Virus record (IMG/VR): IMGVR_UViG_3300019884_000062
Location: 1 to 58,751 of that record
Strand: one strand, 5' to 3'
Source of the DNA: a virus
Lineage: Duplodnaviria; Caudoviricetes
Length of the DNA stretch: 58,751 bases
Below the pieces are notes generated by a model that was not told the origin of the DNA, ran no database searches, and worked only from the letters and a program-made list of their open reading frames with translations. How positions within the stretch are numbered: position 1 is the stretch's first letter; the number at the start of each line of letters is the position of its first letter. This document shows positions 8,682-17,927 of the stretch, piece after piece. The position numbers were made by a program, and so were the translations under genes.

Positions 8682-9199
8682 ACCACACGACCGTGCTTGT
8701 AGGGCCGCGTCTCGTTGTAGGCCATCTTCTCTGTGATGGCCGCGTCGATGTCGATCCCGTACGCGGCACACGCGTCGAGCACACGGATGATGATGTCGGC
8801 GAACTCGCTGGGCACACCTTCCGGCTTGAGCGGGACCTTGTGAGCTCGCAACAGGTTCTCAAACTCGACCTGCGTCAACTCCTGGTCGCCACCGAACGGG
8901 GTCTTGACGAGCCACTTGCCGCCGCTCATCATTGTGTACTGGAACGGAACCTGGCCCGGCTTGACGCTCCACTTGTAGTGCGTCTCGGTCGGTAGCCGCC
9001 CGTCGCGGTACTCCTCCAGCGCCTCGGAGACCTCGGAGTGGATCAGGGCCAGGATCTCCCCAAAGTTGCGCGCATTGGGCGGAGCCACAGTTTCGCCCGG
9101 GGTAGCCGGCCCACGAGTATAGTCGCTCAGATCTCCCCACCAGCCGTGGTCACAGGCGTTGCGATGGATCACGCGAGCGAGGTCGTTCAGGTAGACCAT
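8678..9199 (-). CDS. MazG-like nucleotide pyrophosphohydrolase
   Basis: LIHSEVSEALEEYR, EFADIIIRVLD, KMAYNETRPYKHG motifs. Confidence 0.88.
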   Translation of the reverse strand: MVYLNDLARVIHRNACDHGWWGDLSDYTRGPATPGETVAPPNARNFGEILALIHSEVSEALEEYRDGRLPTETHYKWSVKPGQVPFQYTMMSGGKWLVKTPFGGDQELTQVEFENLLRAHKVPLKPEGVPSEFADIIIRVLDACAAYGIDIDAAITEKMAYNETRPYKHGRVV

Positions 9200-9342
9200 A
9201 ACAAGAGTCCTTTCAGGACGGACAGCAACGACGCTCCGATTAGGAGCAACAACACAGCCGCGCCGGAAGCGACCCAGTACCGCCAACCATGGTTGTACGG
9301 CGACTCGACCTCTTCCGGCGCATTCAGGGGTTCGAACTCCAT
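9187..9342 (-). CDS. 51-aa membrane peptide
   Basis: Hand-translated MEFEPLNAPEE...WVASGAAVLLLLIGASLLSVLKGLLLWST. Confidence 0.5.
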   Translation of the reverse strand: MEFEPLNAPEEVESPYNHGWRYWVASGAAVLLLLIGASLLSVLKGLLLWST

Positions 9343-9462
9343 CACTCGGTCCAACTCAGCTCAAGTAGCCGGCCTTGCTCGTCGGTTACCGCGTACACGC
9401 GTGTCCCGAACTTCACGGCCGACAATACGGCTCGGATCTCCGAGGAAGTCATGCCGAGCCGG

Positions 9463-9675
9463 TCACGCGCTCGGTACGTCTCCCGCTTTCGCCACTCTGC
9501 CCTCATGTCCGACATCGCCACGCTCCGTTGCGCTCATGAGCCGGTCCAGGTAGGCCAACGTTTCGGCCTTGTCCATCATGATCCTAGTAGGACGCTTGCC
9601 GACCTCGATGATCTCGACTTCGTACCTACCCCGCAAGTTAGTCTGGAGTAGACGGAAGCTCCACGGGACCATCAT
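9463..9675 (-). CDS. Hypothetical protein (70 aa)
   Basis: ORF track; GAGGAGG RBS. Confidence 0.6.
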   Translation of the reverse strand: MMVPWSFRLLQTNLRGRYEVEIIEVGKRPTRIMMDKAETLAYLDRLMSATERGDVGHEGRVAKAGDVPSA

Positions 9676-10157
9676 CCCTCCTCTTTAGACCGTTGAGCGG
9701 CCTTAATGAGCTCGGCGTCCAGCTCGATGCCGTACCGCTGGAAGAACTGCACGGCCGGCTGTAGCATCTGGCTCCACACGATCCGCATCAACTGCGGGAC
9801 GTACGTGTGGCAGAGCGTCAGAATCTGGATAGCCGCGTCCACCGTGCCGATCTTGTCGCGTGGCTGTCTCGGGAAATGGGACGTCAGCCAGTCTTCGAGC
9901 CGTTGGACCTCCGCAGAGAAGAGATCGCGGGAGGACTCCGCGAGCGCCTTCGCGGTCATCGCTTCATCGTACTTCCGAGCGAGCGCGCTCGACTCCTCCA
10001 GCGTGAGCCGCTCATCACGCTCGGCCTCGGCCTGGTCCAACATCTCCGCGTACTGCGACTCGCGCTGGTCGATCATCTTCGCGATGTAGCTCTCGATGGC
10101 GCGCTTCTGCTCGGGAGGCATCATGTACCGCTCCCAAGGCGCCGGCAGATCCGTCAC
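9672..10157 (-). CDS. Hypothetical coiled-coil protein (161 aa)
   Basis: ORF track; helical, E/R-rich. Confidence 0.7.
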   Translation of the reverse strand: MTDLPAPWERYMMPPEQKRAIESYIAKMIDQRESQYAEMLDQAEAERDERLTLEESSALARKYDEAMTAKALAESSRDLFSAEVQRLEDWLTSHFPRQPRDKIGTVDAAIQILTLCHTYVPQLMRIVWSQMLQPAVQFFQRYGIELDAELIKAAQRSKEEG

Positions 10158-10349
10158 CTAGTCCAACCAATCCATGCGTAGGAAGTCCGCGTTGGCTCGG
10201 ACAAACGCCTCATCGGAGGAGATCCGACGTCGCACCGCGTCTCGGTCGAGCACGTGGCGGACGTCCACGAGGTCCTGAGTAGACATCTTCGACATCACGA
10301 CGTCCAAGATGCCCTGACGGGTACCTCGGTCCGCCCACACGGCTGTCAT
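10158..10349 (-). CDS. Hypothetical protein (63 aa)
   Basis: ORF track; AAGGAGG RBS. Confidence 0.6.
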   Translation of the reverse strand: MTAVWADRGTRQGILDVVMSKMSTQDLVDVRHVLDRDAVRRRISSDEAFVRANADFLRMDWLD

Positions 10350-10537
10350 GTGCCCTCCTTACATCCCGGCCGGCGACAGGCGATGACACCGATTCGCTCG
10401 GTCATGTAGGCGACCGACCAAGTACCCGTGTCATAGCCGCAAGCGGTCTGCCGCCAAGCTTGGCCGACTTTGTGTTGTACCGTAACATGCTTCGACTGCG
10501 TACGCGCTATCACGTACGGCTTTGCTCTGGTATCCAA
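10346..10537 (-). CDS. Hypothetical Zn-binding protein (H..TACG..C..C)
   Basis: ORF track; GGAGGAG RBS. Confidence 0.6.
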   Translation of the reverse strand: MDTRAKPYVIARTQSKHVTVQHKVGQAWRQTACGYDTGTWSVAYMTERIGVIACRRPGCKEGT

Positions 10538-10538
10538 C

Positions 10539-10844
10539 TCACTCCTCCCGAGGCTCGATCAGCTCCACCGCATACGACGCCACGCTATCCAGCGGGATCA
10601 TGGTACGCGGCACACCATAGCCGACGATAATTTGCCGAGCCGCCGAGTCAATCTTCCAGCCTTGGCCGAACGGTATGGGGTAGTACATAATCTGGTGGTT
10701 GAAATACGTCACCACGATCTGGATCCGCCGCCGCCGGTAGTGCCGGCACAGCGGAAGGTCAGATGCTTCGCCCTTGTAGTCGAGCGCTAGCCGATTCGGT
10801 TGCGGGGACTGGGTAGGAACACCCGGTTGTCCTGCTTCGCCCAC
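10539..10844 (-). CDS. Hypothetical protein (start uncertain)
   Basis: ORF track; C-terminal half is protein-like. Confidence 0.5.
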   Translation of the reverse strand: MGEAGQPGVPTQSPQPNRLALDYKGEASDLPLCRHYRRRRIQIVVTYFNHQIMYYPIPFGQGWKIDSAARQIIVGYGVPRTMIPLDSVASYAVELIEPREE

Positions 10845-11941
10845 GGGAAGTCACACTGCCTTTCGACGTTCTCCCAGCCCTGGAATGTACATTGCCGGCC
10901 GATACCGCCGCGACCTCCGCAAGTCGGGCAACCCTCCAGGCGGTAAGGCGGCTCTTCGTTGATCTCCGCCGCGTGCTTTTGGATGGCGAGATCGTTGGCA
11001 GAGGCAGCCACGCCGTCCGTGTGGATCCAGCCGGAGCCCTTACACGTTGGGCAGTCCTTGCCGGTCTTCTCGCAGCTGATCTTGACGTGCGGCTCCAGGA
11101 AGGGGTGTGCCTCGACCAGAACGCGCCGCATCTCCCGCGCGCACTGCACCATCTCCCACTGGAACATCGAGCAGCCTCGGTACGCGAAGACGTTGATGAA
11201 CTCGCGCAGCGGGTACTCGCAGAGGATGTAGTTGGTCGTGCCTTCCGGCAGGATGTACCGAGCGTCCTGATAGGACACCCCCGCGTCGCACGCCGCCTTG
11301 TACGCCTCCCAGCAGGCCAGCAGCGCTCGGTTCCAAAGCTCTGGAACTGACCACTCCGAGCGCGGACGATTAGTGCGATCCTCCCAGGCTTGCAGCTTCA
11401 GGATCGACATCGGCCAACGCTGGTTAGGGCGGTCGCCGTACCACGTCGCGCGCTGCGACTGCTGGTGGAAGGCGGCTCGCCGCGACCGCACGAGCTGGTG
11501 CGTCAGAACACGACTCGCGCCGATCACTTCGAAGACGACCACCTGTGACTCCAGCGCGGTCTGGAGGCCGCCACGGAACATCTCCATGGGGTCGGTCTCC
11601 TCCGGCGGCTCATCCGGGTGCACGCCGTTCGTGGCGCGGATGGTACGCCGCAACGTGTTCCGCAGCTGCGCCTCATCGATGCCCTGGATCAGTCGGACCT
11701 CCAGATTGTCCACGCCGTAGTCAACCCGGCCTTCATCGTACGGCGAGACCGCCTTGCCGTCGTTGAAGTCGTGATCATTGAACGCGCGATCGGCGAGCAG
11801 GAGTTGGTTATCCACGTTGGCCCGGCTGAAGATCGGACCGGGCTGGTAGTAGTCTCCGCCGTACTCGGGGTTGTCCAGGATCTCCTTGGGAACCGCATAC
11901 GGCCGGCTAGCCCGGTGCTCGTGAATCCAGTTGCCGGTCAT
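10787..11941 (-). CDS. thyX: FAD-dependent thymidylate synthase (ThyX-like, divergent)
   Basis: SRVLTHQLVRSR..FHQQSQR, DARYILP, QWEM motifs. Confidence 0.85.
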   Translation of the reverse strand: MTGNWIHEHRASRPYAVPKEILDNPEYGGDYYQPGPIFSRANVDNQLLLADRAFNDHDFNDGKAVSPYDEGRVDYGVDNLEVRLIQGIDEAQLRNTLRRTIRATNGVHPDEPPEETDPMEMFRGGLQTALESQVVVFEVIGASRVLTHQLVRSRRAAFHQQSQRATWYGDRPNQRWPMSILKLQAWEDRTNRPRSEWSVPELWNRALLACWEAYKAACDAGVSYQDARYILPEGTTNYILCEYPLREFINVFAYRGCSMFQWEMVQCAREMRRVLVEAHPFLEPHVKISCEKTGKDCPTCKGSGWIHTDGVAASANDLAIQKHAAEINEEPPYRLEGCPTCGGRGGIGRQCTFQGWENVERQCDFPWAKQDNRVFLPSPRNRIG

Positions 11942-12135
11942 GACGCCTCCTTGATGCCGAGCTTGAACAGCTCAGCGATAGCTCCGGCGACCATGGCGAA
12001 GAACGTCACCCAGAACCAGGTCCAGTAGCCAGGAGCCGTCAAACCCATCTCCGGAAACAAAATCCGGCCGATGATGTACTCCAGAGCCGCGAAGACAAAC
12101 CACACGACTCCGAGCAATAGTCCGATTAGGATCAT
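11938..12135 (-). CDS. Small membrane protein, two TM segments
   Basis: ORF track; two hydrophobic helices. Confidence 0.7.
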   Translation of the reverse strand: MILIGLLLGVVWFVFAALEYIIGRILFPEMGLTAPGYWTWFWVTFFAMVAGAIAELFKLGIKEAS

Positions 12136-12446
12136 CCCTTGTGCGCCTCCATCCAGGGGCAGACCTCGGCGCGGAGCAGCGCCGGGCAGTGGGTCTTGAG
12201 GTGTTCCAAAAGCCGGTCGATAGACTCGCGTTGAGTCCTAATTCGACTGTCCAGGCCGGTCTCGAAGCGTGCGCCGACGATGTTGCCCTGAAGGATGATC
12301 TCAGCCGGAGACGTTTGGTTCAGCTCGAAGACAGCCGGCCTCGTGACTTGGAGCGCCCAAGCGACGGTTGCCTTGTCTTTCGTCCCAAGCACGGTCATGA
12401 TCTCCGGCGGAGTCGGTACGTAGAGCGCGGTCCTATCCAAAGCCAT
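12132..12446 (-). CDS. Hypothetical protein (104 aa)
   Basis: ORF track; possible leaderless start. Confidence 0.6.
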   Translation of the reverse strand: MALDRTALYVPTPPEIMTVLGTKDKATVAWALQVTRPAVFELNQTSPAEIILQGNIVGARFETGLDSRIRTQRESIDRLLEHLKTHCPALLRAEVCPWMEAHKG

Positions 12447-12479
12447 AGCGTGAACCTATCCGATCGAAAACGGTTGCCG

Positions 12480-12671
12480 CTAGTACTGCCCGATGCGGAA
12501 CAGCATGGTGTCGCTGAGAGTAACCGGCACCTTGTGAATCTCCACAAGCGCGTGCAGAACGAAGTTCATTTGGTCCAAGTTGCTCGCGGTCGCGCAGTGG
12601 GTAACGAGGCCAGCATAGTCCTCGATGAAGATGCTGTTACCTACCACGATGAACTGCTTGATGGGAGTCAT
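12480..12671 (-). CDS. Hypothetical protein (63 aa)
   Basis: ORF track; GGAGG RBS; ATGA overlap with dnaE. Confidence 0.55.
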   Translation of the reverse strand: MTPIKQFIVVGNSIFIEDYAGLVTHCATASNLDQMNFVLHALVEIHKVPVTLSDTMLFRIGQY

Positions 12672-15600
12672 GAGTCAACCTCCGGATCGATGATGTGTAG
12701 TTCTTTGACGTAGAGCGAGGCGCCGAAACTGTTCTGTGACTTCACGGCGCGGACCCAGATCACATCCTGGCCGAGCCGGATGCGTTCCAGGCCTTGCTTG
12801 AACATTGGGTAGTCGTACCGCTTCACGCGCACATAGACGTCCTCATCTCCATCGTCGCCACAGTGGAGTACGCAAGACGTAGGGAGGTCTGGCCTCCACA
12901 TCTCCGCCTTGATCTCCTCCACGTCCTTGCCGCTCCGCGAGCGCTCATCCTCGATGTAGTCCTTGTACTCCTTGACTCGCGGGATGCCGATCCAGATGAT
13001 CTCTACGTCCGGCGGTACGTCTAGGATGTCATCGCTTCGGCACGTCGGACGGCCGAGCGGGAGCGCGCCTGTGCGGATGTCCGCCCGTACCGCGTCTAGC
13101 ATCCGCTCGACTCGCTTGAGGCCGAACGGGTCATCACCGTCCAGCTGGTCCTCGAAGCCCTCAAGTATCTTCGCGCCGATCCCGTTGACCTTCAACAGAT
13201 CCCACGAGCCTGTGTACTCGTGTGTCTCAAGCCAGCGAAGTATCTTCCCGCTCAGGGACGGACCGATGCCCTTTAGCTGCGTCCATCCAGCCGCGACCTC
13301 GTGATCCGAGACCATCGTCCAGTCCTCAGAGGACCTTCCAGGCTTCACGCCATATACGGTGATCCCATGCTGCTCCGCGTCCTTGATGAGACGCGGCCAC
13401 ATAGTCTCCTTGGTACGCCTCAGTTGCGCGGTGTAGAAGGCAGCCGGGTGATGTACCTTGAACCACATCGCCCATACCCCTAGCATGGAGTAGGATATGC
13501 AGTGCGCGACGTTGAACGCGTAGGTAGCCGAGGTCACAAGCCGGCCCCATATGCCCTTAGCCGTCTCCGCGTCGATGCCGTGGAGTCGCTTGGCTCCGGC
13601 CGCGAAGCTCTCCGCACTCTCGTTGAACTTCGCCTCGCCGAGCTTCTTGCTGATGATCTTGCGGATCTCGTGGACCTCCGCGACCGGCAAGCCGCCGACA
13701 AGCTCCAGAATCTTCAGAATCTGCTCCTGGTAGATGATCTGATAGTTGGTGTCCTTCGTGAGGTCATCGATCATAGGGTGCCAGTGCCGCGCCTTCTTGC
13801 GGCCCCATTTCACGTCCACGTAGTCCGCTGTGGTACCGGAGAACAGAGGTCCAGGGCGGCTCAGCGCGTTGATAGCGGCCAGCTCCATAAACGTGTCCGG
13901 CTTGACATCTCGGTTCACGAGCCGGGTAGCTCGACCTTCGAACTGGAAGATGCCCACGACATCATTGCGGCGGAACGCATCCATGACCTCCGGCTCTTCC
14001 ATGGAGATCCGGTACAGGTCTTCAAGCGTGAGGCCGGTCAACGTGAGCGCCTGGTCGATCATCTCCATCGTAGAGAGTCCCAGGAAGTCAACCTTCAACA
14101 GGTTCAGATACTCGGCGTCATACTTGTCCACCGCGACCACACGAACCTCGTGGCCCTTGACCTCTCTGGTATATGCCGCAACAACTTCATCCAGCGCACG
14201 ATCGGTCGTCACCACGAGTCCGGCCGCGTGCACGTTCATCGTCTTGTAATTGCCTTCGAGCCGAGCCGCCTTCCAGAGGTCCGGATGCCGGTCGAACACG
14301 GCTTGTACGGCCGGGAACATACCGACCGTATCGGCAAGCGTGAAGTCGGCGCGCGAGTCTCCGCCGCTCCGCTCGATCAACATACCCTTCACGGTCTCCG
14401 CGTCTACCTTGGGAATCCGGTACACGCGGGCGATATCATCGATGGAGTTACGACCCTTGTAGCCGACATAGTTGGCGAGGTTCCCAACCCGGTCCTCGCC
14501 GTACCGGCGCACTAGGTGTTCGCGGACCTCGTGCCGTCGCGAGCTAGCAAAGTCGAGGTCGATGTCAGGGATGTCAGTCCTAGTAGGATCGATGAAGCGC
14601 TCGAAGTACATGAGCGGGTACTCCATCGGGTCAATCTCGGTGATCCTAAGTAGATAGCAAACCAAGGAAGCCGCAGCAGAGCCACGGGCCGGTCCCACAG
14701 GGATACCCGCATCCTTCGCAAATCTGACCGCATCGGCAGTGATGAGGAAGTAGTCGATGAAGTCCTTCGCTTTGATGTCCCCCATCTCCCGTAGGAGACG
14801 GTTGTGGTAGGCCACTTTCTCCGCAACCATCTTCCGATTGCCTTGCGCGACGCGGTACGCCCACCCCTCCCTCATCCACTTCCATATCAACTCCTCAGAG
14901 GACAGTCCTAACGCGACTTGGTCAACCGGGAACCGGAGATCACCGGCGCGCGGTAGCTCCACCGTGCAGCGCTCGGCTATCTCCATAGTGGAGCGACAAG
15001 CCTCCATGGCTGCCCGTCTACTTAGGCCAGTCCCTAGTAGACGGTCGAACACGAACTGGTCGGTAATCGGGTGCGTCAACCGGATGTCGTACTCCCACGA
15101 CTCAACCTGCTGCTTTACCGAGTTGCTACCGCGCGAGGCGGCGTGGAGAATGACCTGCATCTCGTTATCGTCAGCCTGCGGGTAGTGAACATCCTGAGTA
15201 CCGACCAACGGGATGCCAAGCTCGCCTCCCAGACGTTGGTACGCCTGGTTGATTTGCCCGGAGCGCGGGAGCTCAGGGAAGGCTTGGCACTCAAGGTAGA
15301 AGCGATCACCCAGTAAACCCTTGAACCGCTGGGCAACCGCCTTCGCGCGAGCATAGGACGCGTCAGCCGCGTCGATGGTCTTTCCACCCAGGAGACTAGA
15401 GGCCAGCAAGGAGTCTGAGCATCCTGATAGGATGATGAGACCCTCATGGTGATCCGCGAGCATGGACCCGTTGACCGTAGGCCAGTAATAGAAATTCTCA
15501 GCATATGAGCGCGTCACAATCCGGTTGAGGTTCGCGTACCCGGTCTGGTTCATGGCCAAGAGCGTGAGGTGGAACTTGCGTTGCGAGCCCGGCTCCGGAT

Positions 15601-15808
15601 GCGTGTACGCCTCCATGCCGAATATGGGCTTAATGCCGGCCTTCTTGGCAGCCTTCTCAAGCTGTACGTGTGACGAGACGTTGCCGTGCTCGGTCAGCGC
15701 TCCCGCGCTCATCCCTAGCTCGGCAGTGCGTAGCACGTGTGCCTCCGGCGTACCGAACCCATCGCCATAGCTGAAGGTCGAGTGGTGGTGCAGGCTAACG
15801 AACTTCAC
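12668..15808 (-). CDS. dnaE: DNA polymerase III alpha subunit (family C)
   Basis: PHP domain SLHHHSTFS; GPARGSAAASLVCYLLRIT; catalytic PDIDLDF; HAAG, KVDFLGL, YAFNVAH motifs. Confidence 0.97.
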   Translation of the reverse strand: MKFVSLHHHSTFSYGDGFGTPEAHVLRTAELGMSAGALTEHGNVSSHVQLEKAAKKAGIKPIFGMEAYTHPEPGSQRKFHLTLLAMNQTGYANLNRIVTRSYAENFYYWPTVNGSMLADHHEGLIILSGCSDSLLASSLLGGKTIDAADASYARAKAVAQRFKGLLGDRFYLECQAFPELPRSGQINQAYQRLGGELGIPLVGTQDVHYPQADDNEMQVILHAASRGSNSVKQQVESWEYDIRLTHPITDQFVFDRLLGTGLSRRAAMEACRSTMEIAERCTVELPRAGDLRFPVDQVALGLSSEELIWKWMREGWAYRVAQGNRKMVAEKVAYHNRLLREMGDIKAKDFIDYFLITADAVRFAKDAGIPVGPARGSAAASLVCYLLRITEIDPMEYPLMYFERFIDPTRTDIPDIDLDFASSRRHEVREHLVRRYGEDRVGNLANYVGYKGRNSIDDIARVYRIPKVDAETVKGMLIERSGGDSRADFTLADTVGMFPAVQAVFDRHPDLWKAARLEGNYKTMNVHAAGLVVTTDRALDEVVAAYTREVKGHEVRVVAVDKYDAEYLNLLKVDFLGLSTMEMIDQALTLTGLTLEDLYRISMEEPEVMDAFRRNDVVGIFQFEGRATRLVNRDVKPDTFMELAAINALSRPGPLFSGTTADYVDVKWGRKKARHWHPMIDDLTKDTNYQIIYQEQILKILELVGGLPVAEVHEIRKIISKKLGEAKFNESAESFAAGAKRLHGIDAETAKGIWGRLVTSATYAFNVAHCISYSMLGVWAMWFKVHHPAAFYTAQLRRTKETMWPRLIKDAEQHGITVYGVKPGRSSEDWTMVSDHEVAAGWTQLKGIGPSLSGKILRWLETHEYTGSWDLLKVNGIGAKILEGFEDQLDGDDPFGLKRVERMLDAVRADIRTGALPLGRPTCRSDDILDVPPDVEIIWIGIPRVKEYKDYIEDERSRSGKDVEEIKAEMWRPDLPTSCVLHCGDDGDEDVYVRVKRYDYPMFKQGLERIRLGQDVIWVRAVKSQNSFGASLYVKELHIIDPEVDS

Positions 15809-15922
15809 GACGTAACCACCACCTACCGCACACGACGCAAAGCCAAGCCGGAATGTACGCAACGGTCGGACGTGGCGCCTCGGACACGTCCGTTACGACC
15901 ATACGCCGACCGCAAGTGTGCG

Positions 15923-16225
15923 TCACCGGAGCCGGAGCCGTTCGATCGTATCGCCGTCAGCGCCCGGACCCTCCCAATTCCAAATCTCGCCTTCCATCTC
16001 TCCATGGACGGTCAGCACGTAGTGCCCGCGCACGAACACCTTGACCGGCTCCGAGTCCGGACCGTTAACGAATGTCAACTCAATCGAGTAGTACATCCAA
16101 CGGCGAACCTCGGCACTACGCAAGTCGCCATGGAGCGGACCGCCCCAGCACTGCGCGCTGAACTCCTGACTCGGAGTCTTCCAATCAACCGGCATGTCGG
16201 CTCCTATGTTGCGTTTGTGCTGCAT
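15923..16225 (-). CDS. Hypothetical protein (GGPLHG motif)
   Basis: ORF track; probable start MPVDWK. Confidence 0.6.
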   Translation of the reverse strand: MQHKRNIGADMPVDWKTPSQEFSAQCWGGPLHGDLRSAEVRRWMYYSIELTFVNGPDSEPVKVFVRGHYVLTVHGEMEGEIWNWEGPGADGDTIERLRLR

Positions 16226-16665
16226 TCGGCGGTGTACTTCCCGGTGACGACGTCATGACACAACACTCGGTTCTGACCTGGTTTCGGATCATCTCGCGCC
16301 ACGACTATGTCGATCGTAACTCGGTTGTTATTGTTAGCGGCCTGCAGGGTTATGGCCGCGTTCTTCCGGACCTCGATGGTACGCGTCCAGTACTTCTTGG
16401 TGATATATCCACCGTGCGTCGGATTCCACTTCCCGTCCAACTTGAAGCGGATCGTTATGTTATTCGGTACCCGGTTGCCGTCATCTCCGTCGATCACCAT
16501 CGACATCTTGACCCGAATGTGGTCTTCATCCGGCGTCGTGGTGACCTCGGGTACCTGGCCGCGCGTCCAAGAGATCCAATCGTGCGAGCCGGACACCCAC
16601 TCGTATCCGAGGCCGAGCAACGCAAGCACGGCCACGAGCGCGAAGACTTCCTTGATGGTCTTCAC
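16204..16665 (-). CDS. Membrane-anchored or secreted beta-rich protein
   Basis: N-terminal MKTIKEVFALVAVLALLGLGY signal/TM segment; C-terminal Cys pair. Confidence 0.7.
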   Translation of the reverse strand: MKTIKEVFALVAVLALLGLGYEWVSGSHDWISWTRGQVPEVTTTPDEDHIRVKMSMVIDGDDGNRVPNNITIRFKLDGKWNPTHGGYITKKYWTRTIEVRKNAAITLQAANNNNRVTIDIVVARDDPKPGQNRVLCHDVVTGKYTAECSTNAT

Positions 16666-16997
16666 CGCGCGAAGGCCGGGTGGTCGAGGGGGTTAGCGTC
16701 CGCCGGCTGCATGGCTCGCATGGCTGCCTCGGCTTGGATCGCGGCGGAGAAGCGGCTGACCTCACGCTGGTGGTAGCTCCATGCCCCGCGCAGGTCCGAC
16801 AGCTCCAAGTCCTGTCCCAGATGTAGCTGGATGGCCGACTCGCTCGCATGGATCCGAGGCGTAGCCGCCATACGCTTCCGCAAGTCCGCTTCGCGCTGAT
16901 CGGCCGCATACGCGTTAGCGCCTGCCTTAGCCATGTGGCGTAGCAACGAATTGTGCCAGCTGATCAGTTGCTCGTCGCTAGTACGCTTGTAGCTCAT
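16662..16997 (-). CDS. Hypothetical helical protein
   Basis: ORF 16662..17012; GAGGAG RBS. Confidence 0.65.
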   Translation of the reverse strand: MSYKRTSDEQLISWHNSLLRHMAKAGANAYAADQREADLRKRMAATPRIHASESAIQLHLGQDLELSDLRGAWSYHQREVSRFSAAIQAEAAMRAMQPADANPLDHPAFAR

Positions 16998-17619
16998 CAC
17001 GCATCTCCTCAATCTCTTGCGCCATATTCTCCCACTGGCGCTCGATGCGGTCCTTGATCCTGTCGTCGCCCCGCATGCCGTAAGCCGGGTGGTATTGGCA
17101 CGCGTAGTAGACGCCGTTGCGTAGCGCGTGGAGGCTACCTCGGTTCGTGATCGGCGTGAATCCCAACGCCTCCGCCGCAGCCGATCCCACGGCTACGATC
17201 AGTTTGGGACTCCCAACCAAAGCATACTCCTTACGTAGGAAATCCCTGGCGTGCACGATCTCTCCATCGGTCAACGCGCGGTTGCCGGGCGTGAGGTACT
17301 TGACGGTGTTGGTAAGCCACACGTTCGGCTCAATCGTACCGGAGGTCTCCGGATGCTTGTCGCTACCGGCGACAACGCGGGGGTAGGCGTACATATCGGC
17401 AAAGGCCATGAGCTCATGGAGGACTCTGCCGCTCGCACCGACGAACGGCTTGCCTACCCGGTCCTCTTCGGCACCCGGATTCTGGCCTACGATGAAGGCC
17501 CACGGCTGGTCCGATCCCATACCGGGCACAAGCCGCCGGCCATCGGTTCGAAGGTGTTCGTAGGCCCAATGCGCGTCGATTTCGTTCCAGAGGTCTATCA
17601 GACCGGCCTTGTCGATCAC
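16978..17619 (-). CDS. Uracil-DNA glycosylase, family 4-like
   Basis: VGQNPG..ED..GKPFVGASG, WLTNTVK, YHPAY motifs. Confidence 0.9.
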   Translation of the reverse strand: MIDKAGLIDLWNEIDAHWAYEHLRTDGRRLVPGMGSDQPWAFIVGQNPGAEEDRVGKPFVGASGRVLHELMAFADMYAYPRVVAGSDKHPETSGTIEPNVWLTNTVKYLTPGNRALTDGEIVHARDFLRKEYALVGSPKLIVAVGSAAAEALGFTPITNRGSLHALRNGVYYACQYHPAYGMRGDDRIKDRIERQWENMAQEIEEMRDELQAY

Positions 17620-17927
17620 GGTCCTGATTCTTCCGGCTCGGCTGGGTTGGCGCTAGCATCGCCGTGGTCGAGGTCGTACAACATGAGAAGCGCGTGCGCC
17701 GCGACCTCGAAGAGCATCGTACGAATACCCTCCCGCCAGCCGGCCGCGCTGTGGCCGTCCCACAGGACCGTCTTGAGCTTCCGCGCCTTGCGGTAGAGAC
17801 CAACAAACTCGCCTCGGATACCGAGGTCGCGCTCTTGTTGGTACTCCACAGCCCACTCATCGAAGCGCTGCATCAACTCAGGGATGATCTTCCTGAATAG
17901 ATAGTCGCGCTCTTCCCGGCTGCTCAC
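17616..17927 (-). CDS. Nucleotide-modification-associated domain (Nmad1/DUF1599-like, MazG fold)
   Basis: LGIRGEFVGLYRKARKLK..LWDG..E.IRTMLFEVAAHALL pattern; GGAGG RBS, GTG start; context between HAD and UDG. Confidence 0.55.
   Translation of the reverse strand: MSSREERDYLFRKIIPELMQRFDEWAVEYQQERDLGIRGEFVGLYRKARKLKTVLWDGHSAAGWREGIRTMLFEVAAHALLMLYDLDHGDASANPAEPEESGP

Noticed and set aside
9325-9345. GGTTCGAACTCC as a tRNA T-arm
   Set aside because: No cloverleaf around it, and it lies antisense to a small ORF; I recognised no tRNA anywhere, though tRNAscan/ARAGORN was not run
12668-15808. Intein or intron in dnaE (also checked terL and helicase)
   Set aside because: Lengths are normal, motifs are continuous, and no intein terminal or LAGLIDADG motifs were seen
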